Below, piece after piece: positions 42,246-55,000 of a DNA stretch of 64,000 nt. The stretch spans positions 2,294,001 through 2,358,000 of the forward strand of contig NW_027270951.1 of NCBI RefSeq assembly GCF_040938485.1, given 5' to 3'. Under the pieces are notes generated by a model that was not told the DNA's origin, searched no databases, and was given only the letters and a program-made list of their open reading frames with translations. This stretch comes from Diadema antillarum (lineage: Eukaryota). Both the position numbers and the translations under genes were made by a program. The stretch's first letter is position 1, and every line of letters starts with the position of its first letter.

Positions 42246-44211
42246 TACTGCAAAACCATGTGTCGTGGAGAAAAATCACATCTAGGTGTATAAACTTACA
42301 GTATTCCCAACTCTGTTTGTGGTCACACCAACTAAAGACTTTGAGAAGTCTTGTCAGTGTTTCAATACCAATTCTTGGAGGAGAGAAAGAACATGATAAA
42401 TTAATGAAGAGCTAGATTGTCAACTTTATGGTAAGGTATGTCTCCATGCGATCTGAAAGCAAATTAAAGCAATGACGAGAAGCATAAAATAAACACAAAA
42501 AAATACAGGCAATTTTTCTTTTGCACACTTAAATGCTTTGTCATGTCCCTTAGCACTCAAATGGATGTGCAACCACAGTGCCATAAAAAGACTATTATGA
42601 AACACTACAATGTATGAAAAGACCATTGGCATTAAGTACCAGCAATATACCAGGCTTGTTTTGGGAACAAACACTCACGTTGTAAAAGGCTTATGTGCCA
42701 TCAGAAGATTTCATATAATGTTTTCTCAGTGAAGGCTCTACACACTTCCACTCTATTTCCTTGTTCTTCACACACAGCTCTTCTTAGCTTACACATAAGC
42801 TTTCATATGTGGCAAATACAATATAATGTTGATAAGGTGATAGCAGCCACAAAAATATTCAACATACCACGTGCATACATGTAATAGACTGATATCATTA
42901 TTATTACAATCATTGTGACATTGTATAATCATTCAAACAAAGAAAACATGATGCTTATCTATCAAACCATGTGATGTTTTTGTTAATCTTTTTTCTCTGA
43001 ATGATAACCATCGTATCGTGACCATTGCTATCATTAATACATTATGACACCATTATCAGGATCCTTATCAAAACTATCCTCACCTTGCACAGCCATCATC
43101 AAAATGTTTACAGAGTACACCAGGGCGCAAAGTCAACTGCATAATAATTCATCTCCCCCGCCCTCCCCCCCCCCCCCCCCCTTCATGCATAATGGTATAG
43201 ATTATAGGTTTAGGTATCTGCTGCACTCTCTACATACAAAACACAGTGAAACAATGCTAAGCCAGAAGCCTTCGATGGGACCGACAGGGAAGAAGGGGGG
43301 GGGGGGGGGGGGGGGGGTCGGGACACCAACGGTTTAGTTCTGCCTAATGCGGACATGGTGGCTGAACAAAGAGCAGCATCGATCTGCTGTCTGTCCAGGT
43401 ATAATAGGCGGTTCGGCCACAACGGGAGAAACAAAGTATCTAACCTTGCCCACAGCTGAGTAATAATTGATGAGCAAAGGAAGGCCTCATGACATTAAAG
43501 CTCTATACGCTTGTCTTTCTTTATTCTTTCGGGAATCAAGCACAAAGCAAAGGCTCATGGCATCACTTCACTTTCATCTATTTATATAACTACAGAAGAA
43601 GACAAGTTAGTTCATGTTGATAGTGGAAGAGGGGTGAGACTGATAGCAGGAGTTGGAAGTTTACAGGGCTTTGATAATTCATTCATTTATTCTATTCATT
43701 ACATAGGCCTATTGTATTCATACCCAAGTAGCCCCATCAGTGGTTTATATGTCCCCCACTATCATTCTCGGGGCCGAACAAAATAACTGAGCATGAATTA
43801 ATTCCTAACACAGAGAGTTAGAAACAAAGGATATCCAGTTGTACATATCAAATATATCATGGTGATATTGTGTGTAAATAATGCAACGTAAATCATTTAA
43901 AGTGAATTAATTCATGACTATCAGAGATTAGAAAAACAGTCTGTATGCATTGTATCAAATTCCTGTTGATCTGGAATTCCTAGAGCAGATATGCAAGACA
44001 TTTGGACAAGAAACATTTGGTCAGATTTACCGGCATCCGTTTGATACTTTCTCTGCACTTACATACGTGTATATGTATAAAGTCCTGTGTTGACATTCCA
44101 CACAAACCTTGCCTGGTCACCAAAAGATTTCATAGTTGAAACAAGTGAGAAATGTCACTAGCCCATAAGTGGCCTAACACCTCCAACATTCTGTCAAATA
44201 TCCTTCCCTAA

Positions 44212-44376
44212 CCCGTTGAAGACTAGTCCTGCGTATACTCAGGAGGTGTCTATAGGAAAGGCATGTTATTAAAGGGATGGTATAGTTTTGGTGAAGATCT
44301 GGCTTCATGTTTCTAACTTTTTCAGTGAGATAATGAGGAAACCTCTTCTGAAACATGAAAGCCCATCCTCAATGGG
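44212..44376. mobile_element. piggyBac-like mini-MITE interrupted by about 90 bp resembling a TTAA-AGGG MITE end
   Basis: cccgttgaagactagtcctgcgtatactcaggaggtgtctatagg... and ...cccatcctcaatggg match the family. The insert starts at TTAA|AGGGATGGTATAG (44269-44273). Confidence 0.6.
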
Positions 44377-44673
44377 TGGTAAGACCCGGTAACTTTGGGA
44401 TTCATGGGTAGCTCATTCTTTCACTGCCCACAGGGGTATATTCCAAAACCGCGAACAACAACGGTCAGCGAACACAGTGCATCGAAGTGTAAGCTCATTG
44501 GTAACAGTCAACTCCAGTTGGGATTCTTCAGCTGTGTGTGTACTTCTATAGATCAGTGATAAAGCTATGTATACACAATTTGTTGCAGGGATTCTCATAT
44601 ATATTTGTGCCAAGCCAGCCTTCCCACTCCGTTGTACATTTCCACCATACTGGGTCTTTAAAGAGAAACTTAA

Positions 44674-45241
44674 AGGACAAGTTCACCTTCATTAACATAA
44701 GGATTGAGAGAATGTAGCAATATTAGTAGAACACATCATTGAAAGTTTGACGAAAATCGGACAATCCGTTCAAAAGTTATGAATTTTTGAAGTTTTTGTG
44801 CAGTAACCGCTGGATGAGAAGACTACTGCAGTGTGTGAATAACTTAGATGTCACATGCGTACAACAATGTAAGGAAAATATAAAGAGAATTTCACAAAAT
44901 TTCATCTTTTGAAAAAAGTACACATTCCCCCGACTCGTTACCGACAAATGTTATGGGTAATATTATTCCCCCTGCCTTTAGAAAGAGGCAAGTCAAGTGC
45001 TCTTTCATTATGCGAAAAAAGTGAAAATATGTTGAATTTTCTTTACATTTTCTTTATACTGTTGTACGCATATGACTCACAAGCTGTAGTAGTCTCCTCA
45101 TCCAGCGGTTCCAACACAAAAATTTTAAAAATTCATAACTTTTGCATCGATTGCCCAATTTTCCTCAAACTTTCACTGATGTGTTCTACTAATATTGCTG
45201 CATTCTCTCAATCCTTATGTTTATGAAGGTGAACTTGTCCT
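44674..45241. mobile_element. TTAA-flanked MITE with about 125-bp TIRs (Kolobok/T2-MITE-like), copy 1
   Basis: TTAA|AGGACAAGTTCACCTTCAT...ATGAAGGTGAACTTGTCCT|TTAA, with long terminal inverted repeats. A TTAA TSD with AGG termini is the Kolobok/T2 signature (family assignment is inference). Confidence 0.9.
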
Positions 45242-46630
45242 TTAATGTAGATGACTTAAGAGTAGATCAATGAGAAGATTAGTAAAGGTTCGGCTGCAGC
45301 ACCTTATCTAATTTGCATAGGTCACTATCAGCGTGACCAACATCATCGTTCTGAGAAAACATGGAGAATTTGCACATTCCATAAATCTCCCATCCCCCCC
45401 CCCCCCCCCCCCCCCCCCCCTCAGATAAGGAAGACATGGCTCAGTTCTTCTCCCACCTCCTGGGACTTCTGAGATAACTGTGAATGAAGTTGTACCTGCC
45501 TTCTTTTTTTTTTTTAGCCCTGACATCGCAATATCGCATACAATATTCGTGACAAGCTAGCACTGACCGATAAACACGGCCTTGGTTTTTTGACTCGTAT
45601 GCACCCACGTTTGTTCAAAGAGATTACACAAATACTAACACCCAACGAACCATAGAGCAAAATCAGTGGGCAAAATCAGTGGGGCGGAAGGGGGATGAGA
45701 AAAGAGGCGGAAGGGAAAATAGTTTCTTGTCACAAGTTCTGCATTGATTACAAGGGCATTCAATCAACCGTATACTGACTATTCAAGAAAAGAGCTGACT
45801 GCAATTCTGCACGTAAATTTAGTGTGCTGTGGGTTTGTATGTTTAAGGTATGTCTAAAAATATGTCACAATTCAAGGTGCTAATGCGAAATCCACTTACA
45901 AGCAAATAAGCGTATGACAAAAATAGAATATAATGTTCCAAAAAATTGTAATAATAACCACCACCACATCCACCACCCCCTCCAAAAAAAAAAGCAAGCT
46001 CCCTCGCAAGGAAATAAGCTTTTACAATCCTCACATCATACTTTGTAATCTGTTTTCTAGACTCCAAGGTTCTTTTGTCAATTTTCAACAGCCTTTTCCT
46101 GATGCATCCAAATTACAAACTATCAACTCTTGCAGCAATTATATGTATTCCCTTTAAAAAAGAAGAAATCTGAATCACTACAGAGATACATTGCATGGCT
46201 TCTACTCTCAAAAGACTCACAATTGACTCACAAATGGTCCAAAATAGAATGTAATATATATATTTTCTATAAAAACCAAATCAAGGCAGCCATAAATGAG
46301 GAACTGGATAAGGTCAGAGAAACTATATAGAAGATAAAACTCGTGCTTCAAAATGTGCAAATGGTAGATAATAATCTTGAAAATAAGATGGAAAAATAAA
46401 ATACACATGTACTAGATGCTTTGTACAGTTGCCAGAAATATTATTAGTCTGCTAGTGGCCTGTAACAGGCAAATTTAGTTCAATGTCCCGAAAGTCAAAC
46501 AAATAGACCGATGTGAGTCTCATTAGATTAGGCCATAAGGGTCATTCACAATGACTGCTAACACACACAAAAAAAAAACAATAAGAAGAAGAAAATAAGG
46601 GGTTAGAAAAATTCTGACATTTGGGTAAAA

Positions 46631-46643
46631 GTTGCTAGGCAAC
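46631..46643. promoter_or_regulatory. RFX X-box
   Basis: GTTGCTAGGCAAC (reverse complement GTTGCCTAGCAAC) matches the GTNRCC-N-RGYAAC consensus. Confidence 0.3.
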
Positions 46644-47627
46644 TGTGCCAAAGAGGCAATTTGATCGGAAATACCACCACAAGATTCGCATACTGGAGTG
46701 CAGATTTGACAACTTCCCATGAAGAATGCTGCATGATTTGTACAAAGAATGCTCACCAAACAAAACAAAACAAAACAAAACAATCATGATTGTTGTCACA
46801 TGACTTCTACAACATGTTTGAAATCATCTCCGTGGCAGCATACGAAACATGTAGGCCCTAGTTGGCCGCCAAGGCCATTGTTACGTCGCAGCTGTAGTTT
46901 TGTGCAGCAGTCTGCTGAGCCAATTTTTGCAAGAGGCAAAAACTGATGATAATTTTGAACTTGATTTTCTTTTTCTTGTTGCAGTGCAGCTCAAAACAAC
47001 AGCTTAAACACCTGTATTTTCAGTATTGTTTATGTTTAGGTCTATTCTAATTATAATTGGTCTTTTTCAGCCAATACTGGAATTATGATTTGAAATTATT
47101 TCATAAATCAGTAATAAAACTTCAATTTCAGCAAATGATGATAAGGCAATTCTGTAATGACATAAAACATTCTGAGATTCTCTGATTTTTAGGAGTTTCT
47201 GATTCTATTCATTTTCTGTTAATATATACCTACTTCCTTATGTACCACTACAACATGACCACACCTAGATATTGAAGAAAACAGTAATATTTGCATACAT
47301 TGTAAGTACCTGACAAACAGTCATTAAGTGCAGTGTGTGTCATTAATCTACACACACTCTTATACATTCTTCTCTAATGAGGCTATTACATGCAGTAGAC
47401 CCGTACTTGAGATCCCACACAAATCATCTCATGCCTCTGAAGGTCCTGTATTTTCTTCTGGAGTAAGTCTGTGTGTTTAACAAGAGACAATAGGTTTCCC
47501 TCACAAGAGCATCCCAACACACTCTCTATCTCTTTCTATCTCTCTTTCTCTATCCCTATCTTTCTCTTGTCAAGGCTATACCCCCCATCCCTTTGTGGTC
47601 ATCAGCTGTCCATTGTCTGGCCTCCAG

Positions 47628-47665
<38 letters not shown>

Positions 47666-50600
47666 CACAGGCCATGTCTCAACCCTCCCTACATGATGAT
47701 ATCTCTCTCACCCCCTTCCCCATCCACAACATAGCTTCACATCCCTCTGTGTCGTCTGCCATGCCCAAGACAAAGAGGATATATCCCACCATCTTTCTTG
47801 TCATTTATGTACTTAAACAGAAACACATATGCCTACAGTAGAACAGGAAGATAGAAAGAGAAGAAGAGATGGAGAGATAGAGGGAGAGAGAGTAGGAGAG
47901 AGAGAAGCCAGCCATGCCCTCACTTGACACTCTGCTTACGCGATACAGGGTCAAAGGTCGCATGACAATCCTCTAGAGCTATATATACTCACACACACAT
48001 ACAGATTTAACTGGGGCTACATCAAGCCCTTGGCTATAATTATGACACACACGTCCACATAGATGTACACACAACACACGCACACACACACACACACCCG
48101 GGCTGATATGTGTACAAACATTCGTAGCAAACAGGACATGCAGGCGATTACACACAATAGATAGGCATAATTAGTGTCTATTTGTGATCAATAACAAAGA
48201 GGCTTGTCCACTGAAATTTACCTGTGAAAATTTGGCCGTATGACTTACCTGATAAGTGTAGAGCTGGCGGATAGAAAGGAAACGGTATATCCAAGGTGCT
48301 GGGATAAAAATTTCCATTATTCACTGCCATGTCCAGGCGTACGTTACGAGCGAGCGCAGCCCTTTGGGTTATGGTTTATGTCGCACTACCGACTCAACCG
48401 GTCTGCTTGCGTGCACAATCAATTGCATTCAACTCGCTGTGTGTGAGTATGAGGGCTGATCGCTCCAAGCCAGAGCAGTCCAACCATGGGAAAGAAGGGG
48501 GGGGGGGGTGGAGTCAGTGATAAGAAGGTGAAGACACAGAGAGGGTGACACAAAGCTGTGTAGAATAAGATATGTGCACTGTGTGTGCAATCAGCTCGCA
48601 GCTTTACACGTAAATCTACACACATCCACAACGGGTAGACCATAGATTACCCCCCTCCATAAGTGTGGCTATTGAAGTGTGGCAGTCCAGCACACATCAC
48701 ACATGCACACACATTTACAACCCAATGAATGGACTCCATCATTCCACGCAGAGGGGTGTCCATGTCATGCCCAGCAGGAGGGAATGACTGCACGGAGGCA
48801 TTTCACTGTTGTGCTTGTTGTTTGATGTGTTATGGATGCTTGGCCTTCATAAGGGTAGTTTCATGACGTCGATTTTCCTTCAGGTAGTAAGATACTGAAA
48901 TCAATTTTCAACAAGCCTGGAATCTTTAAAATCAAGCACAATCATATCCGGTACTGTTCATCCAAACCAAATTTGAGGTTCTGTTCCCTGCTGCAGATTC
49001 AAGGCTTTATCATTCCTAGTTGAGGGTTGTTCACTGTGAGTGCTTCACTAATTGTTTAATTTATTTGAGTGAGGAGTGCCTTCAAAGAAAAAAAACAAAC
49101 AATGTAAACACTACACAAATGCCTGTTGTGCTCAATGAAACAAGCAAATCATGGCACAACATTAAAATAAATCTACTCGTTTAGACAGAGCTCTGCAAAC
49201 AGTTCTGAATGCAATTTGTAATATCACACCCCCCCCCCCTAAAAAAAAAAAAAGCAAAAAAATCCACATGCCTACACATATGACATTACTACAACCAAAT
49301 TTCTGCCTCCCCCTCCACGGAATGGAACATCCCAGCAGATGTGCTGGTGTAGTAGGTACTGCAGACAGATGGTCCATTTCCCTAGGATAATAAGCTCCCC
49401 TTGATTGCCACCTAACTAAACTGTAACAACAGATCAAAGGGCCAACAACACACATGTATACAATGACTAGTCTCAATCTACCAGACCCCTAATATATGGG
49501 GGGAGGGGGTAGGAACTGGGACATGGGGAGGGGGATGGAGCTGAATTCTAAATCTTAGCACATTTTGGTCAATAATGTACAAGCCCCCCAGCACAACAAT
49601 CTTAATCTTAATCAGAAATATGTTTTAACATCTGTAGGTTTTATTTTGCAAAGTGCATTCACTTGGTCATACAAAAAGATATATCAAAAACCCATTCTGA
49701 TACCATTCACTTTGTGTTTCACGAGAGGTAAGACAGTAATTTTTATGGGTGATTTCTATCACACTAATATTAATTTACTATTTGAAGAACTGAAGAAGGT
49801 ATAGCCAAGAGATGGCAGCATGCTCTAATTGTTCTCAATCACAATTTTTGAACCCTCACAAGTATTGCCCCCCCCCCAAAAAAAAAAAAAAAATAAGAAA
49901 GAAATCACCAATATACGCCTATCATTTTTATAAAGTTTTCCCAAAGACAGGTCCGCAAAAGACATGACCAAGAACAGGCATTTTTTAATGGATTGTGTGA
50001 TGTCAGCACCTTACAGAACTTCCATTGGCTATACACACTCTATGGTGGAGAATGATGGTATTAGTATTACTACATAAGCCTGACATTCTATGAAAAATCA
50101 TGTTTTTGGTTGATGATTTAACAACTACAATTCCTTCCATTGTCAAAGTCATCATTAGCTTGTTATCACAACACAATCATCTGATGAGTGATACGAAGGA
50201 AAGAACTTGCACTTTTTCTTTCTATTTCCAAAGGGGGAAAGTAGCATAGATTTGCATACAGGTTAATGGAAGATGTGTGATGCTACAACATTCTTACCTA
50301 TTCTCATTTGCATATATATGTTGTTGTAACTGACATCACTGTCACTCAAATATAATTGTTCAACAAGTTTAAATGCCCTAACATACCTTCTTATCCTGGA
50401 TATCAATCTTAATTCATAAAACAAANNNNNNNNNNNNNNNNNNNNNNNNNNNNNNNNNNNNNNNNNNNNNNNNNNNNNNNNNNNNNNNNNNNNNNNNNNN
50501 NNNNNNNNNNNNNNNNNNNNNNNNNNNNNNNNNNNNNNNNNNNNNNNNNNNNNNNNNNNNNNNNNNNNNNNNNNNNNNNCGGTATCCGTCTTTCAAGGGC

Positions 50601-50707
50601 GCTTTTATTGCTTGATGCAGAATGTCTCAACTTCTTTATTGTAATGACAAAACATCTTCAGCAATATCCCACCAGCCTGCCTTCAACGAATACATGGGTA
50701 GCTAGTC

Positions 50708-50719
50708 AGTTTTGTGCCG
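50708..50719 (+). repeat. Left target-site duplication of the LINE (agttttgtgccg)
   Basis: Identical 12-mer directly after the final A-tail at 56297-56308. Confidence 0.9.
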
Positions 50720-50846
50720 ACTGTGTAAATCCCTCGTCATATTGACTTCGATGGAACAAGTGACATTGGACTCAAAAGCAAATAAGTAAGTACTTTTTCT
50801 ATCGTACATCGCTGTTCTAGTCAAAGCACGTGTGACTGACTGTGAA

Positions 50847-51707
50847 ATGGCTGCACAGCATCCTCGCACAGCAAAGCCAGTGGGCTCTACGCCCGCGCCC
50901 TCCACTGAAGCTGCGGTGCTGCCGGTGGGCACCGCACCTGCGCCCTCCGGCCGCATGCTACACATGCCCAGTGAAAGTTCGATGCTTGCGGACATTTGGT
51001 CAAAAATGCCACTTCTTGAATCAGTTTCTTCAAAACTTGACAAACTGTGTGATAGAATAGAACAAGTGGAATCTAAGGTGGCTGAAATTGAACACCATGT
51101 GTCAGAGATGGATCATGGTTTGAGTCATTTTGAACTTGATTTGGAGGAACTGAAATGTAAAATTGAATCTAAAGCAGACAAGTCCACCATTGTCAAGCTT
51201 GAGACACAGATCGTAGATTTAGTCAATAGAAACAAAAGGAACAATGTAGTCCTACACAATGTGCCTGAAGGTGCGGAGGAGGATGCCTCAGATTGTAAGG
51301 CAGTGGTACATGCCTTTGTGCGCGACGCTCTTGGTATCCCGCACTCTATGGAGATGGATCGTGCCCATCGCACTCCGATGAGGATGACGGTACGACCAGA
51401 TGAACCCAGGGGAAACAAAAGACCGCGCCCCATCCACGTTCGCTTTTTGCGTTATGGAGACCGTGAATTGGTGCTGAAGACTGCTATTATCAAACGTGGT
51501 GCAGAATTCGGTGGGAACCGTATTTTCGTATCGGACGACGTACACAAATCGACGCGCGAGAAACACCAACAGCTGATGAAAAAAGTGAAGCAATTGCGCG
51601 ATGATGGCCATTTTGCATTTATTCCTTGGTCTGTCCCCCGTGTCATCAAGTATAAGGAAGGAGGGAAGGGAGCAGTAGGACCACTCAAGACTATTCGCGA
51701 TCTATAG
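50847..51707 (+). CDS. LINE ORF1p, L1-type nucleic-acid chaperone (coiled coil + RRM + CTD)
   Basis: The first ATG is at 50847; the track starts at an upstream GTG at 50832. Heptad region LESVSSKLDKLCDRIEQVESKVAEIEHHVSEM...LETQIVDL is followed by the L1-ORF1 motifs NRNKRNNVVLHNVPE, MDRAHR, RPRPIHVRFLRY and IFVSDD. No CCHC knuckle is visible. Confidence 0.9.
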   Translation: MAAQHPRTAKPVGSTPAPSTEAAVLPVGTAPAPSGRMLHMPSESSMLADIWSKMPLLESVSSKLDKLCDRIEQVESKVAEIEHHVSEMDHGLSHFELDLEELKCKIESKADKSTIVKLETQIVDLVNRNKRNNVVLHNVPEGAEEDASDCKAVVHAFVRDALGIPHSMEMDRAHRTPMRMTVRPDEPRGNKRPRPIHVRFLRYGDRELVLKTAIIKRGAEFGGNRIFVSDDVHKSTREKHQQLMKKVKQLRDDGHFAFIPWSVPRVIKYKEGGKGAVGPLKTIRDL

Positions 51708-52068
51708 ACAGAGTATAGTTGATGCGGGAAAAGCATGATATTCGTACAAATGAACGTGTTTCAACACTGGACATTGATTAGGGCCTTTTTGAATGGCAGA
51801 GGAAAGTTAATTTTGCGAGCATTATTTTGTCTTCCTGAGTTTCAGAATTTTTTTTGAGAATTTTGAGAAGAAACAATGGATTGTCATAAGTGCCTAGATG
51901 AAAGGTTTCAAAGTAAGACTTTGCTTTGTTTTAATTATAAGCACCCTCTATTGGATTTACTACAGAGTTTTGTAGTTTGTATGTATGTAGTTTTGCTTCT
52001 TCAGATAAAATGGCAAATTGATTGCATGTACAGGTCTATGAAAACTAAATTGATGACAAATTTGAACA

Positions 52069-55000
52069 ATGAGTGAAAATATAGAGGTTAGGTTATACTC
52101 TCTCAATGTCAGAGGTTTAGCTAATGATGTGAAACGAAGATGTCTATTTAGTTGGCTTAGAAGGCAAAAATATGATTTATTCTTACTACAAGAGACACAC
52201 AGTACAGAGAACTGTGAAGCAGTGTGGTCAAGTGAATGGGGTAATAAAATATATTTTTGTCACGGTCAGTCGGACAGTGCAGGTGTCTGTATTTTATTAA
52301 GAGCCAACTGTGGTTTAGATGTTTTGGAAGTACACAGAGACAAAGAAGGAAGGTTACTTTTGCTTAATTTGTCTTATGGTGAAACTACAAAGTTTACAGT
52401 TGTAAATTTATATGGCCCAAACAAAGATAAGGTGGATGTTTTTCAAAATTTACATGATGTATTAACTGAGTATTGTGAAGAACCTTTGTTCATAGGTGGT
52501 GATTTGAACACTGTTCAAAACCCTGTTTTAGATCGGTATCCAGTTCATGTTCGATATCACCCTCGTTGTTATGATGCATTAGAAACCTTAAAAGATGATT
52601 TTGATCTTGTGGATGTTTGGCGTGAAAGAAACCCCAGTAAGCTACAATTTACTTGGCGCTCCAAACTCTCACGTAGCAGGTTAGACTATTTCTTGGTTTC
52701 TAAAAATATCTGTAACTATGTTGAGGATTGTAATATACATTATGGGCACAGGAGTGACCATTCAGCTATTTCCTTAATAGTTATTAAGAAGGTCCCTAAA
52801 AGAGGACCAGGGTTCTGGAAGATGAATACATCTCTTTTGTCACAAGAATACAATCGGGAACAAATAAGAAAAGTTATAATATCTACAATTAAGTTGCACT
52901 CTCATATGAGTGTTTGTAACTTATGGGAGTTTGTTAAATTTAAAGTAAAACAAAAGTGTATTGAATTATCTTCAAAGATTAGACGAGATTTAAAACATAA
53001 CTTCCAACTATTAGCAAAATCAATAGAAAAACTTCAAAACGATTTTGATCAAAATCCTGATGATCATGATCTAGAAAAGTTGTTATTGAACAAGAAAGCA
53101 GAATTAACTAAAATTCAAGAAGAATTTGTTAGGGGATCAATGATTAGAACCCGGGCTTCTTGGGTCAGTGATGGTGAAAAAAATACAAAATATTTTTTTA
53201 ATTTGGAGAAGAGAAATTACAACAAAAAACATATTCAAAAACTTCAAAAGAATGACGAGATCGTTTGTGACCCATCTGAAATTTTGACTATGGAAAAGGA
53301 TTTTTATGAAAATTTATATACATCATGTAAAGTTGAAGAAAGGGACATTAAAGAAGTTTTTGATAATATTTCAATGCCTATGTTAAAAGAAGAACAGGCA
53401 AACCTCTGTGAAGGCATGGTATTTGAAAAAGAGTGTTTCGAGGCTGTTAAATCAATTCCAAGTGAAAAAACTCCGGGTTGTGATGGCCTTCCTATAGATT
53501 TCTACAAGGTATTTTGGCAAGACATAAAAGATATACTATGTCAAGTTTTTAACACTTGTCTTATAGATGGAGAGCTGTCTACACTGATGAAGCGGGGTGT
53601 CATCACTTTACTGCCAAAAAAGGGTAAAGATAAGCTCCATTTGAAAAACTGGAGACCTATCACACTTCTGAACAATGACTATAAAATTCTAGCAAAAGTT
53701 CTTGCAAATAGACTTAAGAAAGTCCTGCCTTTTTTAATAGATTTTGATCAGACAGGCTTTTTAAAAAATCGTTATATTGGAGAAAATATTCGACTATTGA
53801 AAGATGTGATTCAGTATTGTCAAATGAAACCATTCAAAGGTTTAGCTGTGTCAATAGACTTTGAAAAAGCATTTGACAATATTGAGTGGAATTTTTTAAT
53901 AGCTTGCTTAAAAACCTTTGGTTTTAAAGACGACTTCATTACATGGATTAGAGTGATGTACTCGGACATATCCAGTTGTGTAATTAACAATGGATATTCT
54001 TCAAGCAATTTTAATTTGCAAAAAGGTGTCAGACAAGGTTGCCCTTTATCACCCTATTTGTTTTTAGTTGGAGTTGAAATTCTAGGTATCATGTTAAGGC
54101 AAAGTAAGAACATTACTGGCATTAAAATTGATGGAGTCGAACTCAGAGTTAGTCAATACGCTGATGATACGATTGTATATTTATCTGCTAATGAAGTGAA
54201 CTTAAGAAACACATTTCAATTACTGTCTGCTTTTCAAAAAATATCTGGGATGAAAGTTAATATTGAAAAAAGCAACATCGCTTGTCTTGGTCCGTGGAGT
54301 GGCACTCTGTGTTCAGATATCCAGATGAACTGGGTAACAGAGTATTTATTTTACTTGGGAATATATATACCTTTAAGAGGAAGTGTAGACTGTTTTAACC
54401 AGAATTTCCAAATAAAGTTGAAAGAAACGGAAAGCACACTGAACATTTGGAGACACCGTAACTTGACACTGTTAGGAAAAATTACTATAATTAAGTCACT
54501 GGTGATGCCTAAGTTTGTGTATTTATTCAGTAACATACAAGATCCTCCAAAACGTTTTTTTGATGAGTTACAGAGACTCCTGTTCAACTTTGTTTGGAAC
54601 CAAAAAACTGACCGTATTAAACGTATTATTATGTATGATGATTACAAAAATGGAGGCTTGAAAATGCCACATGCAGAAAGTTTTTGTCAGGCATTAAAAG
54701 TATCTTGGGTAAAGAGATTTCTCGAGGAAGAAACTCAAACAGGAACCAAAAAATGGAAATTGTTCTCTAAATTCTTTCTGGAGAAATGTGGAGGAAAGAG
54801 TGTTTTCAGAGGAAACTTTAGTGCACACGATTGTAACCACTTATCTGTAAATCTCTTTTGGATTGATGTATTAAAGGCTTGGGCCCATTACAGATACTAC
54901 AACCCTGCTAGATATAAAGATATACTTTGGCAATCGATTTGGAATAACTCATTTATTAAGGTAGCAGGCAAAACTGTATTTTACAAAAGGTGGTCCAATG

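Noticed and set aside
50702-51736. Antisense ORFs over LINE ORF1 (ORF0-like?)
   Set aside because: Typical shadow ORFs of a GC-richer coding strand. The longest ends outside the element boundary, beyond the TSD.
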